Shown here piece after piece: positions 11,044 through 21,420 of a stretch of DNA of 64,000 nucleotides. The position numbers and the translations under genes were made by a program. This DNA comes from Candidatus Poribacteria bacterium (GTDB taxonomy: Bacteria > Poribacteria > WGA-4E > PCPOR2b), in the NCBI GenBank assembly GCA_022822785.1, contig JAJEAL010000134.1:75349-139348 (forward strand). The letters run 5' to 3'. The notes beneath the pieces are model-generated. The model worked only from the letters and a program-made list of their open reading frames with translations. It ran no database searches and had not been told where the DNA came from. The first letter of the stretch is position 1; every line of letters starts with the position of its first letter.

Positions 11044-11121
11044 CAGTACTCCAACCCAATTTGGTTCGTTAGTACATTGGCTCACTAGGCGACTAGTGAA
11101 CCAATGTACCTCATGTAGCTA

Positions 11122-12321
11122 TTACTCAATAACCTCTGAGACAACGCCGGCTCCGACAGTGTGTCCGCCTTCACGAATTGCAAATCTCAGCTCTTCTTCC
11201 AAAGCGATAGGTTTGGTAAGCTCAACAGTAATGCTGATATTATCTCCGGGCATTACCATCTCAACGCCTTCGGGAAGATTCATCACGCCCGTTACATCGG
11301 TTGTACGGAAGTAGAACTGTGGACGATAACCACTGAAGAAAGGTGTCCAGCGACCACCTTCGTCTTTGTTCAAAATATAGATTTCAGCTGCAAACTGTGT
11401 GTGTGGCGTAATACTGCTTGGTGCTGCGAGAACTTGCCCACGCTGGACCTCTTCACGCTCAGTACCACGGAGCAGTATACCTGCATTATCACCTGCGAGG
11501 CCTTCATCAAGCTGCTTACGGAACATCTCTACACCGGTTGCAACCGTACTGGTAGTCGGTGCGAGCCCAACAATTTCGACGGTGTCACCGACGTGAACAA
11601 TCCCACGTTCGATACGGCCTGTCACAACCGTACCGCGTCCGGTAATTGAGAAGATATCTTCTACAGGCATGAGGAAGGGCCTATCAACATCTCGAACCGG
11701 TTCAGGTATCCAGTCGTCACACGCCTGCATTAGCTCTAAGATTGGTTGACATTCCTCTGCATTCGGATCTCCACCACTTTCCATAGCTTGGAGCGCGGAT
11801 CCGCTAACGACTGGAATATCGTCACCGGGGAACTCATATTCGGTGAGCAGTTCTCGGACTTCAAGTTCTACTAACTCAAGGAGCTCTTCATCGTCAACCA
11901 TGTCCGCCTTGTTGAGGAAGACAACGAGGCTTGGCACGTTTACCTGTCGTGCGAGAAGGACGTGCTCACGGGTTTGGGGCATAGGCCCGTCCGCGGCGGA
12001 AACGACAAGAATTGCGCCGTCCATCTGTGCTGCACCGGTAATCATGTTTTTGATATAGTCAGCGTGTCCGGGACAGTCTACGTGAGCGTAGTGTCGATTT
12101 TCCGTTTCATACTCAACGTGCGCGGTATTAATAGTAATCCCACGCTCTTTTTCTTCGGGAGCTGCATCAATCTCTTCGTAAGTTTTTACATACTCGCTCC
12201 CAGATAGATTTGACAGCACCATGGTAATCGCAGCTGTTAGCGTCGTTTTACCATGGTCGACGTGTCCAATTGTACCGACATTAACGTGTGGCTTGGTCCT
12301 TTCAAATTTTTCCTTTGCCAT
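11122..12321 (-). CDS. tuf: Elongation factor Tu
   Basis: 399 aa, [19 protein letters not shown]-domain motifs; GAGGAG SD upstream. Confidence 0.95.
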   Translation of the reverse strand: MAKEKFERTKPHVNVGTIGHVDHGKTTLTAAITMVLSNLSGSEYVKTYEEIDAAPEEKERGITINTAHVEYETENRHYAHVDCPGHADYIKNMITGAAQMDGAILVVSAADGPMPQTREHVLLARQVNVPSLVVFLNKADMVDDEELLELVELEVRELLTEYEFPGDDIPVVSGSALQAMESGGDPNAEECQPILELMQACDDWIPEPVRDVDRPFLMPVEDIFSITGRGTVVTGRIERGIVHVGDTVEIVGLAPTTSTVATGVEMFRKQLDEGLAGDNAGILLRGTEREEVQRGQVLAAPSSITPHTQFAAEIYILNKDEGGRWTPFFSGYRPQFYFRTTDVTGVMNLPEGVEMVMPGDNISITVELTKPIALEEELRFAIREGGHTVGAGVVSEVIE

Positions 12322-12411
12322 GTATACTTCTCCTCATATTCTAACTAAATGATACTCACCGTCCTACCTGTTGAACGTTGGCGACAAGCCATATCAACAG
12401 GGGGGGGGTGG

Positions 12412-14505
12412 TTAAACAGAAATTTCTTTTAACGAGATAATTTCTTGAGCAATGCTCTGGGGTACACAATTATAATTCGCAAACTCCATTGAGTAAGTTG
12501 CGCGTCCTTGTGTCAGGGAGCGGAGTGTTTTAACATAACCGAACATTTCAGCCAGCGGTACGTAGGCTTTAATGACCTGCGTTCCGGACTTAGGGTGCAT
12601 ATCTGTCTGGAGAATTTGTGCACGACGCGCATTTAAATCCCCCATTACTTTTCCCAAATAGTCATCCGGAGCGATGACTTCGATCTCCATGATAGGTTCA
12701 AGCAGCATCGGATCTGCGCGTTTTACCGCTTCTTTGAAGGCGATCCGAGCGGCGTTTGAAAATGCAATTTCTGAAGAATCAACAGGATGGTAAGAACCGT
12801 CATACAATCGCACACCTATGTCAACGAGGGGGTAACCTGCTAAAATTCCGGCGGTTATCCCTTCCTCAAGGCCCTTACGGACAGCGGGTATATATTCTTG
12901 AGGAATAGCGCCCCCTTTGATATCATTGACGAATTCAAAACCGGTTCCTTGTGCTAATGGATAAATTTCAATGACAACATGCCCGTATTGACCGCGTCCA
13001 CCGGATTGGCGAACAAAACGCTCGTTGGCGTTTGCGGGGTGCTGGATAGTCTCACGATACGAAACCTGCGGTTGACCAATCTCTGCCGAGACCTTAAATT
13101 CACGAACCAAGCGATCTACGATTATTTCCAGATGTAACTCGCCCATGCCGGACAGGAGTGTTTGTGCTGTTTCTGGGTCCTGATGCATCTTGAAGGTTGG
13201 ATCTTCTTCAGCCAACTTTGATAGTGCTAGGTTCATCTTTTCGATGTCCGACTTTGTTTGCGGCTCAATAGCAATGGACATTACTGGAGAGGGAAATGCC
13301 ATTGACTCCAGAACAACCGGAGCATTCGGATCGCAAACGGTGTCGCCGGTCATCACGGATTTGAAGCCGATGATAGCGGCAATATCGCCCGCATAAATAG
13401 CTTGGCGTTCCTCACGCTTGTTCGCGTGTAGCTGCATCAATCGTCCGATTCGCTCAAATTTCCGTTGTGTGCTGTTGTATATAGTCGTCCCCTTAGCTAG
13501 GACACCGGAGTAGACTCGGAGGAATGTCAGCTTACCAACGTGCGGATCGGTTGCAATTTTGAAAGCGAGCGCCGAGAAAGGCTCATCATCATTTGCCGAA
13601 CGCGTTTCTTCCGCTTCAACTTCCGGATTCAAGCCAATTACTGGCGGCACATCGATTGGAGATGGTAGATAGTCAACCACTGCATCTAATAGCGGCTGTA
13701 CGCCTTTATTCTTGAGGGCAGTGCCGCACAAGACGGGAACAATTTTTCCGCTTAGCGTTGCGGTTCTCAAACCCATTTTAATTTCTTCTTCGGAGAACTC
13801 AATGCCATCGATATATTTAGCGAGGAGGTCATCGTCACACTCGGCAATTGCTTCCAACATCTGTTCCCGATATTCTAGCACACTTCCCATCATTTCATCT
13901 GGAATACTTGCTTCGTGCATTATAGATCCGAAACTAGCTTCATCCCATACAAGCCCTTTCAGTGAAATCAAATCAACGATGCCGCTAAAACTTTCTGCAG
14001 AACCGATAGGCAGTTGAATAGGTACCGCTACAGCACCAAGTCGCTCGACCATCATTTCGACTGTTCGGAAAAAGTCTGCCCCGGTTCGGTCCATTTTATT
14101 AATGAGTGCAATACGGGGTACCTGATATTTATCTGCTTGTCTCCATACCGTTTCTGACTGGGGTTCTACACCGCCGACTGCACAGAAAACAGCAATAGCT
14201 CCATCAAGGATTCGCAGCGATCTTTCAACTTCAACCGTAAAATCTATATGGCCGGGGGTATCAATAATGTTAATGCCGTGTTCATTCCATTGGCAGGTTG
14301 TTGCGGCAGCGGTGATGGTAATCCCTCGTTCCTGCTCCTGTGTCATCCAATCCATTGTCGTAGTGCCATCGTCAACTTCGCCTATACGGTGGACTCTGCC
14401 TGTATAGTACAACATCCGTTCGGTTACAGTTGTCTTGCCCGCATCAATATGCGCCATGATGCCGATATTGCGGGTATGCGTCAATGGAAATCGACGCTGC
14501 TCCAT
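12412..14505 (-). CDS. fusA: Elongation factor G. Start chosen at [17 protein letters not shown]; alternative upstream starts at 14529, 14553 and 14583 are possible.
   Basis: [18 protein letters not shown] motifs and five-domain EF-G length. Confidence 0.9.
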   Translation of the reverse strand: MEQRRFPLTHTRNIGIMAHIDAGKTTVTERMLYYTGRVHRIGEVDDGTTTMDWMTQEQERGITITAAATTCQWNEHGINIIDTPGHIDFTVEVERSLRILDGAIAVFCAVGGVEPQSETVWRQADKYQVPRIALINKMDRTGADFFRTVEMMVERLGAVAVPIQLPIGSAESFSGIVDLISLKGLVWDEASFGSIMHEASIPDEMMGSVLEYREQMLEAIAECDDDLLAKYIDGIEFSEEEIKMGLRTATLSGKIVPVLCGTALKNKGVQPLLDAVVDYLPSPIDVPPVIGLNPEVEAEETRSANDDEPFSALAFKIATDPHVGKLTFLRVYSGVLAKGTTIYNSTQRKFERIGRLMQLHANKREERQAIYAGDIAAIIGFKSVMTGDTVCDPNAPVVLESMAFPSPVMSIAIEPQTKSDIEKMNLALSKLAEEDPTFKMHQDPETAQTLLSGMGELHLEIIVDRLVREFKVSAEIGQPQVSYRETIQHPANANERFVRQSGGRGQYGHVVIEIYPLAQGTGFEFVNDIKGGAIPQEYIPAVRKGLEEGITAGILAGYPLVDIGVRLYDGSYHPVDSSEIAFSNAARIAFKEAVKRADPMLLEPIMEIEVIAPDDYLGKVMGDLNARRAQILQTDMHPKSGTQVIKAYVPLAEMFGYVKTLRSLTQGRATYSMEFANYNCVPQSIAQEIISLKEISV

Positions 14506-14628
14506 AGACCGTCGTTTTTCAGCGGTCATCCGATTTTGTTTTGTCGCTCTCATTTTTCCTAAAATTTCCCTATAGTACAACAAAAAGGTAAAAAATTACC
14601 GTTCCGATAAATCGCAATTTCGCTTAGC

Positions 14629-15099
14629 TTACCAACGATAATGTGCAAACGCGCGATTCGCCTCCGCCATCCGGTGTTGATCGAGTTTTCTGCGAATTGA
14701 AGCGCCGTCATTCCTAGCGGCATCTAATAGTTCTCCTGCTAGCCGCTCTGCCATTGTTTTTTCTCCACGATCTCTTGCAGATTGAATAATCCAGCGGAGC
14801 GCCAGTGTTGTACGGCGTTCCGCTTTCACGTCAACCGGCACTTGGTAGGTTGCCCCGCCCACACGCCGAGACCGAATTTCAAGAACGGGCTTAACGTTAT
14901 TAATTGCTTCCTGAAAAACGGTAAGTCCCTCCTGGTTCGTGCGTTTCTCAACGATGTCTATGCTATCATATAGAATTGCTCGCGCGACACTCTTCTTTCC
15001 ACGAATCATTAGGAAGTTAATAAATTTTGCAACTAGTTTACTGTCATATTTTGGATCTGGAAGTACGTCCCGTTTAACGACCTCTGCACGGCGTGGCAT
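14629..15099 (-). CDS. rpsG: 30S ribosomal protein S7
   Basis: 156 aa, [19 protein letters not shown]-terminus typical of S7. Confidence 0.9.
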   Translation of the reverse strand: MPRRAEVVKRDVLPDPKYDSKLVAKFINFLMIRGKKSVARAILYDSIDIVEKRTNQEGLTVFQEAINNVKPVLEIRSRRVGGATYQVPVDVKAERRTTLALRWIIQSARDRGEKTMAERLAGELLDAARNDGASIRRKLDQHRMAEANRAFAHYRW

Positions 15100-15110
15100 A
15101 CCTTCCTCCT

Positions 15111-15482
15111 CTAGCTACCGCTCTTTGCACCATATTTTGATCTTGCCTGCCGTCGATTCTCGACCCCTGCTGTGTCGAGTGTGCCTCGGACAATATGATA
15201 TCTGACATTGGGCAAATCCTTGACCCTTCCACCGCGCACCAGTACAACCGAGTGCTCCTGAAGATTATGATCTATGCCGGGGATATAGCAGGTAGCTTCC
15301 TGACCGTTGGTAAAACGGACGCGAGCAACCTTGCGCAGCGCTGAATTCGGTTTCTTGGGTGTTATTGTCCTGACCTGCAAACAGATACCCCGTCGTTGGG
15401 GACAGCTATCCAAGACTGGGGATTTGCTTTTCTTACTTGTTCTTTTACGAGATTTTCTGACTAACTGATTAATTGTTGGCAT
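15111..15482 (-). CDS. rpsL: 30S ribosomal protein S12
   Basis: 123 aa, [11 protein letters not shown]-terminus, [10 protein letters not shown] motif. Confidence 0.9.
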   Translation of the reverse strand: MPTINQLVRKSRKRTSKKSKSPVLDSCPQRRGICLQVRTITPKKPNSALRKVARVRFTNGQEATCYIPGIDHNLQEHSVVLVRGGRVKDLPNVRYHIVRGTLDTAGVENRRQARSKYGAKSGS

Positions 15483-15777
15483 ATGATTGACCTCGACTGA
15501 CTAATAATGTGCAGGCATAAATAAAGCCCCACTGTGGGGGCTCACAAAGTTGTCCTCTATAACGAAGTAACTGTGAAAAACACACCAAAGTGTTTTGGAA
15601 CTATACATTCCTCCCCGTTTTCCGCCCAATTTGCGGCGAAAATTCAAAGTTAGCGTCGAAGGACGAATTATACCAAACAGATTGCTGAATGTCAAGCACT
15701 TTTCTATTTTTTTATTATGTTTTTTTAGCCTGCCCCAAAATTAACGAAATATTGCAGATAATGTTTCGCACAATTGA

Positions 15778-16794
15778 TTACATCTGCACCGCGGGCTCTT
15801 GGACAGTGTCCAACAGCTGGGTGATTACGGCATCGGAATCAACGCCCTCAGCTTCCGCATGAAAATTGGTGAGCACGCGATGTCGGAGCACAGCATGTGC
15901 CACTGATTTAACGTCTTCTATAGATGCGTTCACACGTCCCCGTAGAATGCCGCGTGCTTTCGCGCCAAGGATGAGGTACTGTCCCGCTCGAGGACCTGCC
16001 CCCCACCGGACCCACTGCTGGATGAAATCTGGGGTATCTTTACTGTTGGGACGGGTTGCCCGGGCGAGTTTAACTGCGTACCGTACAACGTTATCGGCGG
16101 CTGAAACCCGTCGGACAATCTGGTGCAGCATTATAATATCCTCACCGGAGAGCACCGTTTCCAGGTCGGGTTCATCAACGCTTGTCGTCGACGAAACAAT
16201 CGTGACCTCCTCTTCCTCGCTCGGATAGTTAATTACGATTTTAAACATGAAACGGTCCAATTGTGCCTCTGGCAGTGGATAGGTCCCTTCCTGCTCAATC
16301 GGGTTTTGTGTTGCAAGGACAAAGAACGGTTGTTCCAAATTATACATAGTGCCCCCCGCCGTGACATGATACTCCTGCATCGCTTCGAGTAATGCGGCTT
16401 GGGTTTTGGGCGGGGTGCGGTTGATTTCATCAGCGAGTAGGATGTTAGCAAATATGGGCCCTTGGATGAAGCGAATCTCCCGGTGCCCGGTGGAACGTTC
16501 TTCTTCCAAAACGTCTGTGCCGGTGATATCGGCAGGCATCAGGTCCGGCGTAAACTGAATTCGCTTAAACTGGAGGTTAAGGATTTCGGCGAGCGTCTTA
16601 ATCATGAGGGTTTTGGCGAGACCTGGAACGCCTTCGAGCAGGCAGTGACCGCCCGCAAAGAACGCCATGAGCATCTGATCAATGACGTCGTCTTGGCCGA
16701 TAATTACTTTTTTGAGTTGCTCTGAGATGAGATCTCTACCTGTCATCAGTTTTTCGATTGCTTGAACTTCTTCTGTTGCTGGCATAGTATCCAT
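15778..16794 (-). CDS. MoxR-family AAA+ ATPase
   Basis: 338 aa, GVPGLAKT Walker A and MoxR-like overall sequence. Confidence 0.8.
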   Translation of the reverse strand: MDTMPATEEVQAIEKLMTGRDLISEQLKKVIIGQDDVIDQMLMAFFAGGHCLLEGVPGLAKTLMIKTLAEILNLQFKRIQFTPDLMPADITGTDVLEEERSTGHREIRFIQGPIFANILLADEINRTPPKTQAALLEAMQEYHVTAGGTMYNLEQPFFVLATQNPIEQEGTYPLPEAQLDRFMFKIVINYPSEEEEVTIVSSTTSVDEPDLETVLSGEDIIMLHQIVRRVSAADNVVRYAVKLARATRPNSKDTPDFIQQWVRWGAGPRAGQYLILGAKARGILRGRVNASIEDVKSVAHAVLRHRVLTNFHAEAEGVDSDAVITQLLDTVQEPAVQM

Positions 16795-16930
16795 AACTCC
16801 TTTTTAATCTCAATAGTGGCTATTTCTTCTGAATAATCTTCACGATTGGGGTGAGTTCGTCCAACTTGCTACAAAATCATCAATGTTAAACGGAGGTATC
16901 TCGTTAAAGATGTAGGGGGTTGGCTCCTTA

Positions 16931-17872
16931 TCACTTTTTCTGAATCGCTGCTGTCTGCTTGGCAACCGTTTCAAGTTGGTCTTCATCCCACTGTTCTTGC
17001 TGCTGTAGTGCATACAACGATGTATAACCCCCCGACCAGTCTGGGGGTACGAGGCACGGACGGTCATCGTGGTGCGCCCAGCGGGCCGGTTTGCCCTTCA
17101 CAATGGTGCCCTCATATCGACTGGGTAACGGATTGGCGGTGTAGGTGAAGGCGTCGGCTGACGAATAGATATTCAGCAATAAAGGGCGTCCTTGATCGGA
17201 GAGGTTCGGCTTGGACCCGTGAACCACGCGGCAATTGTGAATCGTAATGGATCCAGCGGGCCCCTTCAGATAGTGGGCGTTCTCTGTGTCAACACTTTTG
17301 GCATCTTTGTCGCTGAGGCAACCGACCCATTGATTGTCCTCATTGTATTGATTGAAAAGTTCGCCCTTGTGACTTCCGGGGAGGGCGCCAAGCGGACCCT
17401 GACCATCGCCTACGTCATGGAGATAAACACCGATTGTGAGCGGACTATAGTTGGTGTGGGGCCAATAGGTGATGTCTTGGTGCCACTTGACCTCTTCGCC
17501 GCCCTCTGCCCATTTGAAATTCAATTTTGAGTGATGGAATTTCACGTCCGGTCCTACCAGATCTGCCGCTACGTCAACGATGATTGACTGCGACGCAAAC
17601 TCCCAATAGGTTGGGTGATGTTCAACCGGACTGGTCAAGCGGCGCAGACGCGGATTGTCCGCTGTGTGGCCTGGCTCCAGATCAAATATCATGTCGGACT
17701 TGTCCAAGGACCGGCTGCGCTGCACCATTTCGTCTGTAACGTCGATCAGCCGTTCGACCCAATCCTGCGGCACGATACTTTCAACGAGTAGGTATCCGTT
17801 ATCAAAGTAAAATTGACGCTGCTCTTGAGTGAGTGTTTCAGGTTTGTGGGACAATATCTGCTCAGGTGTCAT
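16931..17872 (-). CDS. Phytanoyl-CoA dioxygenase (PhyH) family Fe(II)/2-oxoglutarate oxygenase
   Basis: 313 aa, HQDITYW...HDV...HNCRVVHGSKPN His/Asp...His facial triad pattern of PhyH. Confidence 0.75.
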   Translation of the reverse strand: MTPEQILSHKPETLTQEQRQFYFDNGYLLVESIVPQDWVERLIDVTDEMVQRSRSLDKSDMIFDLEPGHTADNPRLRRLTSPVEHHPTYWEFASQSIIVDVAADLVGPDVKFHHSKLNFKWAEGGEEVKWHQDITYWPHTNYSPLTIGVYLHDVGDGQGPLGALPGSHKGELFNQYNEDNQWVGCLSDKDAKSVDTENAHYLKGPAGSITIHNCRVVHGSKPNLSDQGRPLLLNIYSSADAFTYTANPLPSRYEGTIVKGKPARWAHHDDRPCLVPPDWSGGYTSLYALQQQEQWDEDQLETVAKQTAAIQKK

Positions 17873-17921
17873 CGGATAACCTCCTTCTATGTGAGATCAA
17901 CAGTAAAATCTACCTTTTCTT

Positions 17922-18278
17922 CTAATCGGACTTTCGCTGATACAGAACCCGTCCATACGGTTCAGCGTCACCGTCGTATTTTGGATTCAGGCGGCGAACC
18001 ATCCTGGTAAAGGTTGAATTTTTGAACCCCATTGATTGCAACGCGTCAAGCGACAGCTGCCACGAAATCAGTTCCGCGAAAACCGGGTCCTCGTAAGTTC
18101 TGAACGCACTTCCTTGAGAGCGAAAATAGCTTTTATGCTCCTCTGTCATGTTTTCGCAGAGTTGGTCTGTCATGCTCCGAAGTTGGTCGAGTAGCGCATC
18201 GCTCAGGATATTCTCAAAGATACAGAACCCTTCGTTGAGGAGTTGGTTATATTTCTCTTTCGACATACAGCCCCTCAC
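17922..18278 (-). CDS. Hypothetical 118-aa protein, possibly an N-terminal PhyH-like fragment
   Basis: EGFCIFENILSDALLDQLRS resembles PhyH N-termini. It is too short for a full oxygenase. Confidence 0.3.
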   Translation of the reverse strand: MRGCMSKEKYNQLLNEGFCIFENILSDALLDQLRSMTDQLCENMTEEHKSYFRSQGSAFRTYEDPVFAELISWQLSLDALQSMGFKNSTFTRMVRRLNPKYDGDAEPYGRVLYQRKSD

Positions 18279-18400
18279 GTTATGGTTCGATACAGGTCAT
18301 AGGTTAAAGGTGTAGTTATTGTAGTCGAACAGGAAATGTAAAGTCAAGAATAGAAATTTTCAAAGCGAAGACCGGCACATAAACCTCTATCTTTATTTGG

Positions 18401-18430
18401 TTGACTTTTCGTCAACGGTTCATGTATGAT
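18401..18430 (+). promoter_or_regulatory. Putative sigma70-type promoter TTGACT-N18-TATGAT. A TTGAC-N5-GTCAA palindrome overlaps the -35 element.
   Basis: Read directly upstream of the YitJ-like gene start at 18499. Confidence 0.3.
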
Positions 18431-18498
18431 TAGACAGTTAAAATATACATTGGAAGGCGCGCTTTGTAAGCACGCTTTTCTTTGATAACCGAATTGAT

Positions 18499-20361
18499 AT
18501 GGATATGATTTCAGAACAAAAAGATAACTTCATGGAATCCCTCGCACACCGAATCTTAGTGTGTGATGGGCCTATCGGAACTGAACTCCGCAAACGGGTG
18601 CCGGCAGACTTGCGGTGCGTTGATGCTTGTAACCTCTCCGCCGAGTATGCTCAAGAAATTGAGGCGATTCACCGTGCGTACTGCGACGCGGGCGCCGATG
18701 TCATTCAGACCAACACCTATCAGGCGAATAGGGAAGCGCTGGCTGTTCACGGGTTAGCTGAACAGGTTGACGAGATTAACCGAACCGGTGTGCAGCTGGC
18801 ACACACAGCGGCGCAGGGGACGCGCTACGTAGCCGGTTCCGTGGGACAGATTTCGTTCCAAACGTTGGAGGTGCCCACCGCCAAGGTGATACGTGGCGTC
18901 TTCAAAGAGCAGATGGATGCCCTTGTTGACGAAGGTGTTGACCTCCTTGTACTAGAGACTTTTGTTTCGCCCAAACAGGCACAGATAGCGACAAAGCAAG
19001 CGCTCACTTACGGATTACCTGTCATTGTCGAGATTAGCGGCGTTTCCGGAGGGACGTTGGGCACGGGGTTAGATGTACGGGTCTTCGCCCGAGAGCTGGA
19101 ACAGCTTGGCGCACATGGAGTCGGCGTCAATTGTAGGGGCCCGCATGACTTGGTGGAGGCGATGGAGCTCCTCGCACCTATCATTAAAGTCCCGCTGGTT
19201 GTGCAACCTAATGCGGGAAATCCGAGGGTAGAACAGGGGGAAATTGCCGTTTCGTATACGGTGGGTGCGGAGGTTTTTGGCGATTACGTACGGAAGTTAG
19301 TTAAACTGGGTGCGAACATGATTGGCGGTTGTTGCGGTACGACACCGGCGTACACCCTCAAGATCCGAGAGGCGATTGCGGGGCAAGCGCCTATTAAACG
19401 GCGTTCGCGCATCTTCGTTCTGCCGAAGACGGCGTTTGTGTCCACGACCCCTACCGAGAACCCGGTTCAGCAGGTATTTGAAACGCGGGAACGCATTGTG
19501 AGTGTAGAAGCGCGCGCCAATACGTTCCCGCAATTACGGGCATTGATGAAGGAAGCAAAAGTGCTGGCTGCAAACGGTGTAGATCTGTTTGATGTAACCG
19601 ATAATTCAGGGGCTGCGGTGAACATCGGCGCTGTCGGCACGGCGTATCGGCTGCAGCAAGCAACACAGATTCCAACGCTCATCCATTGGACAACACGGTC
19701 GCGTAACCTCATCAGTATGCAATCGCACCTACTGGAGGCGGAGGCACTTGGCATCCGGGGTATAGTTGCGTTGTCCGGCGACCATCCGAAAGCTGGTCCC
19801 TATGAGGCAGCAAGCCTCGTCCCTGATATTCGTGGTTCTGTGCAACTGATGAAGCTCATCGCTCGGTTAAATCGCGGTGAACTTGCAGACGGTTCGTCGA
19901 TTGGAGAGCCGTGTGGCTTCTACTACGGCGGCGGGTTCACGATTACAGAGAATCTTCAACCGCATGTCAAGCATCTGACAAGTAAGATAGCGGAAGGCGC
20001 AAAGTTTGCTTACACACAACCGGTCTGGACCTATGAGGATATCGTACGAGCCCAGCGAGCAACGGAACATCTTGGTATAAAGATACTTTATGGGATCCTG
20101 CCGCTCACCAGTTTCCGGAGCGCCTCCTATCTGCGTGATAATTTGGGGCTTTACATTCCGCAGTTTATCATTGAAAAGTTCAGAGATCTTGGGGAGACAG
20201 CCGGTCAGGCGCTCGGAATGCAGTTGTGCTTGGAGCTGATACGAGACATCCGGAGTCAGGATGAATGCGCGGTAGATGGCATTTACCTCATCCCGCCTGC
20301 CCGCATGAATTGGAGAAACAGGCGGAAGGTCATCTCAGAAATAGTTAAAACCTATCGCTAG
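18499..20361 (+). CDS. Bifunctional homocysteine S-methyltransferase / 5,10-methylenetetrahydrofolate reductase (YitJ-like)
   Basis: 620 aa. N-terminal Hcy-binding domain (ILVCDGPIGTEL...GGCCGTTP) and C-terminal MTHFR domain (GIRGIVALSGDHP). Confidence 0.8.
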   Translation: MDMISEQKDNFMESLAHRILVCDGPIGTELRKRVPADLRCVDACNLSAEYAQEIEAIHRAYCDAGADVIQTNTYQANREALAVHGLAEQVDEINRTGVQLAHTAAQGTRYVAGSVGQISFQTLEVPTAKVIRGVFKEQMDALVDEGVDLLVLETFVSPKQAQIATKQALTYGLPVIVEISGVSGGTLGTGLDVRVFARELEQLGAHGVGVNCRGPHDLVEAMELLAPIIKVPLVVQPNAGNPRVEQGEIAVSYTVGAEVFGDYVRKLVKLGANMIGGCCGTTPAYTLKIREAIAGQAPIKRRSRIFVLPKTAFVSTTPTENPVQQVFETRERIVSVEARANTFPQLRALMKEAKVLAANGVDLFDVTDNSGAAVNIGAVGTAYRLQQATQIPTLIHWTTRSRNLISMQSHLLEAEALGIRGIVALSGDHPKAGPYEAASLVPDIRGSVQLMKLIARLNRGELADGSSIGEPCGFYYGGGFTITENLQPHVKHLTSKIAEGAKFAYTQPVWTYEDIVRAQRATEHLGIKILYGILPLTSFRSASYLRDNLGLYIPQFIIEKFRDLGETAGQALGMQLCLELIRDIRSQDECAVDGIYLIPPARMNWRNRRKVISEIVKTYR

Positions 20362-20541
20362 TCCTATATCCATCTTGAAATTAGAGGTCTACCTGCTTGT
20401 TGTCGTAGCGCAATTCATTGGACCTACAACTGTTGTCACTTCTCATGCTCTTGGCGTCTTGCACATTCTTTCTGTGGGATTAGGTAACCAACGGTCCGGT
20501 ACAGTTACACACATAGCAACGCTGATAATGGGGGAGCGCTC

Positions 20542-21414
20542 ATGATTAAACTCGGTTGCAATAGCTTGGTGAGGGACAGAGACAATCCCGGAAAGTGGAT
20601 CGATATTGAGACGATGATCGATTTAATCCATACGTTGAGATTGGATATCATTGATTTTCAGCTCGATAGGGGGTTCCGTTCTCTCGAACCGGCGTATCTT
20701 CGTAAGGTCAAGATTTTGTGCCATAAGCATGGCTTACCGATAGGTTTCATAGGTGCTGGCAGCGGGTTTGTCAGTGCTGCTCAACTGCCGAACGGGGGTG
20801 TGGTTGGTGTGGGGCTATCGCCGGACGAGTTACAAGGGCGGATTGATGAGGTCAAGAGAGCGGTGGACGTTGCCGTGTTCATGGGTGCTCCACTGATTCG
20901 CCTGTTCGGTGGCGGAGTGCCTGAAGGGACCGAGAACCGTGAAACGGTGTGGTCAACGATGATTTCCGGGTTCCAAGCGGTCTCCGATTACGCGGCTGAG
21001 AAAGGCATCCTGATCGGTCTTCACAACCATCCGCCGGCTGTAGAACCGACGAGCGATGACATTTTCCGCATCCTGAACGATGTTGACCGTGAGAACTTCA
21101 CCTTCATCTTGGATACAGGTCGGTGGCGCGGTGCACCGACAAGTAGGGAGAAAACTTCTGATTCAAGTGCGGATATCTACAGATACATGGAGGAAACCGC
21201 ACCCTACGCTTCATACGTGCGCGCTAAGATCTATAAGGTCGATAGCGGTGAGGAGGAGCTACTCGATTATAGACGTATTATTGCTATCCTCAAGAAAGCA
21301 AACTACAACGGGAATATGTCGATTGTTTACGAGGACCAGGGCAATCAGTGTGGTTACGCCGAAGCTATTGAGTTAGCAGTCAAACATTTACGGGGGTTGC
21401 TTGCGGAGGAGTGA
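20542..21414 (+). CDS. Sugar phosphate isomerase/epimerase (xylose-isomerase-like TIM barrel)
   Basis: 290 aa, AP-endonuclease-2/TIM-barrel pattern (GLPIGFIG..., IRLFGG, GLHNHP). Confidence 0.6.
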   Translation: MIKLGCNSLVRDRDNPGKWIDIETMIDLIHTLRLDIIDFQLDRGFRSLEPAYLRKVKILCHKHGLPIGFIGAGSGFVSAAQLPNGGVVGVGLSPDELQGRIDEVKRAVDVAVFMGAPLIRLFGGGVPEGTENRETVWSTMISGFQAVSDYAAEKGILIGLHNHPPAVEPTSDDIFRILNDVDRENFTFILDTGRWRGAPTSREKTSDSSADIYRYMEETAPYASYVRAKIYKVDSGEEELLDYRRIIAILKKANYNGNMSIVYEDQGNQCGYAEAIELAVKHLRGLLAEE

Positions 21415-21420
21415 GAAGGG

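Noticed and set aside
11161-11649. 162-aa plus-strand ORF
   Set aside because: Antisense to tuf; Cys-rich nonsense composition.
18279-18498. Expected SAM (S-box) riboswitch upstream of the YitJ-like gene
   Set aside because: No conserved S-box helices or kink-turn could be recognised by eye; only a promoter-like element and a short hairpin.
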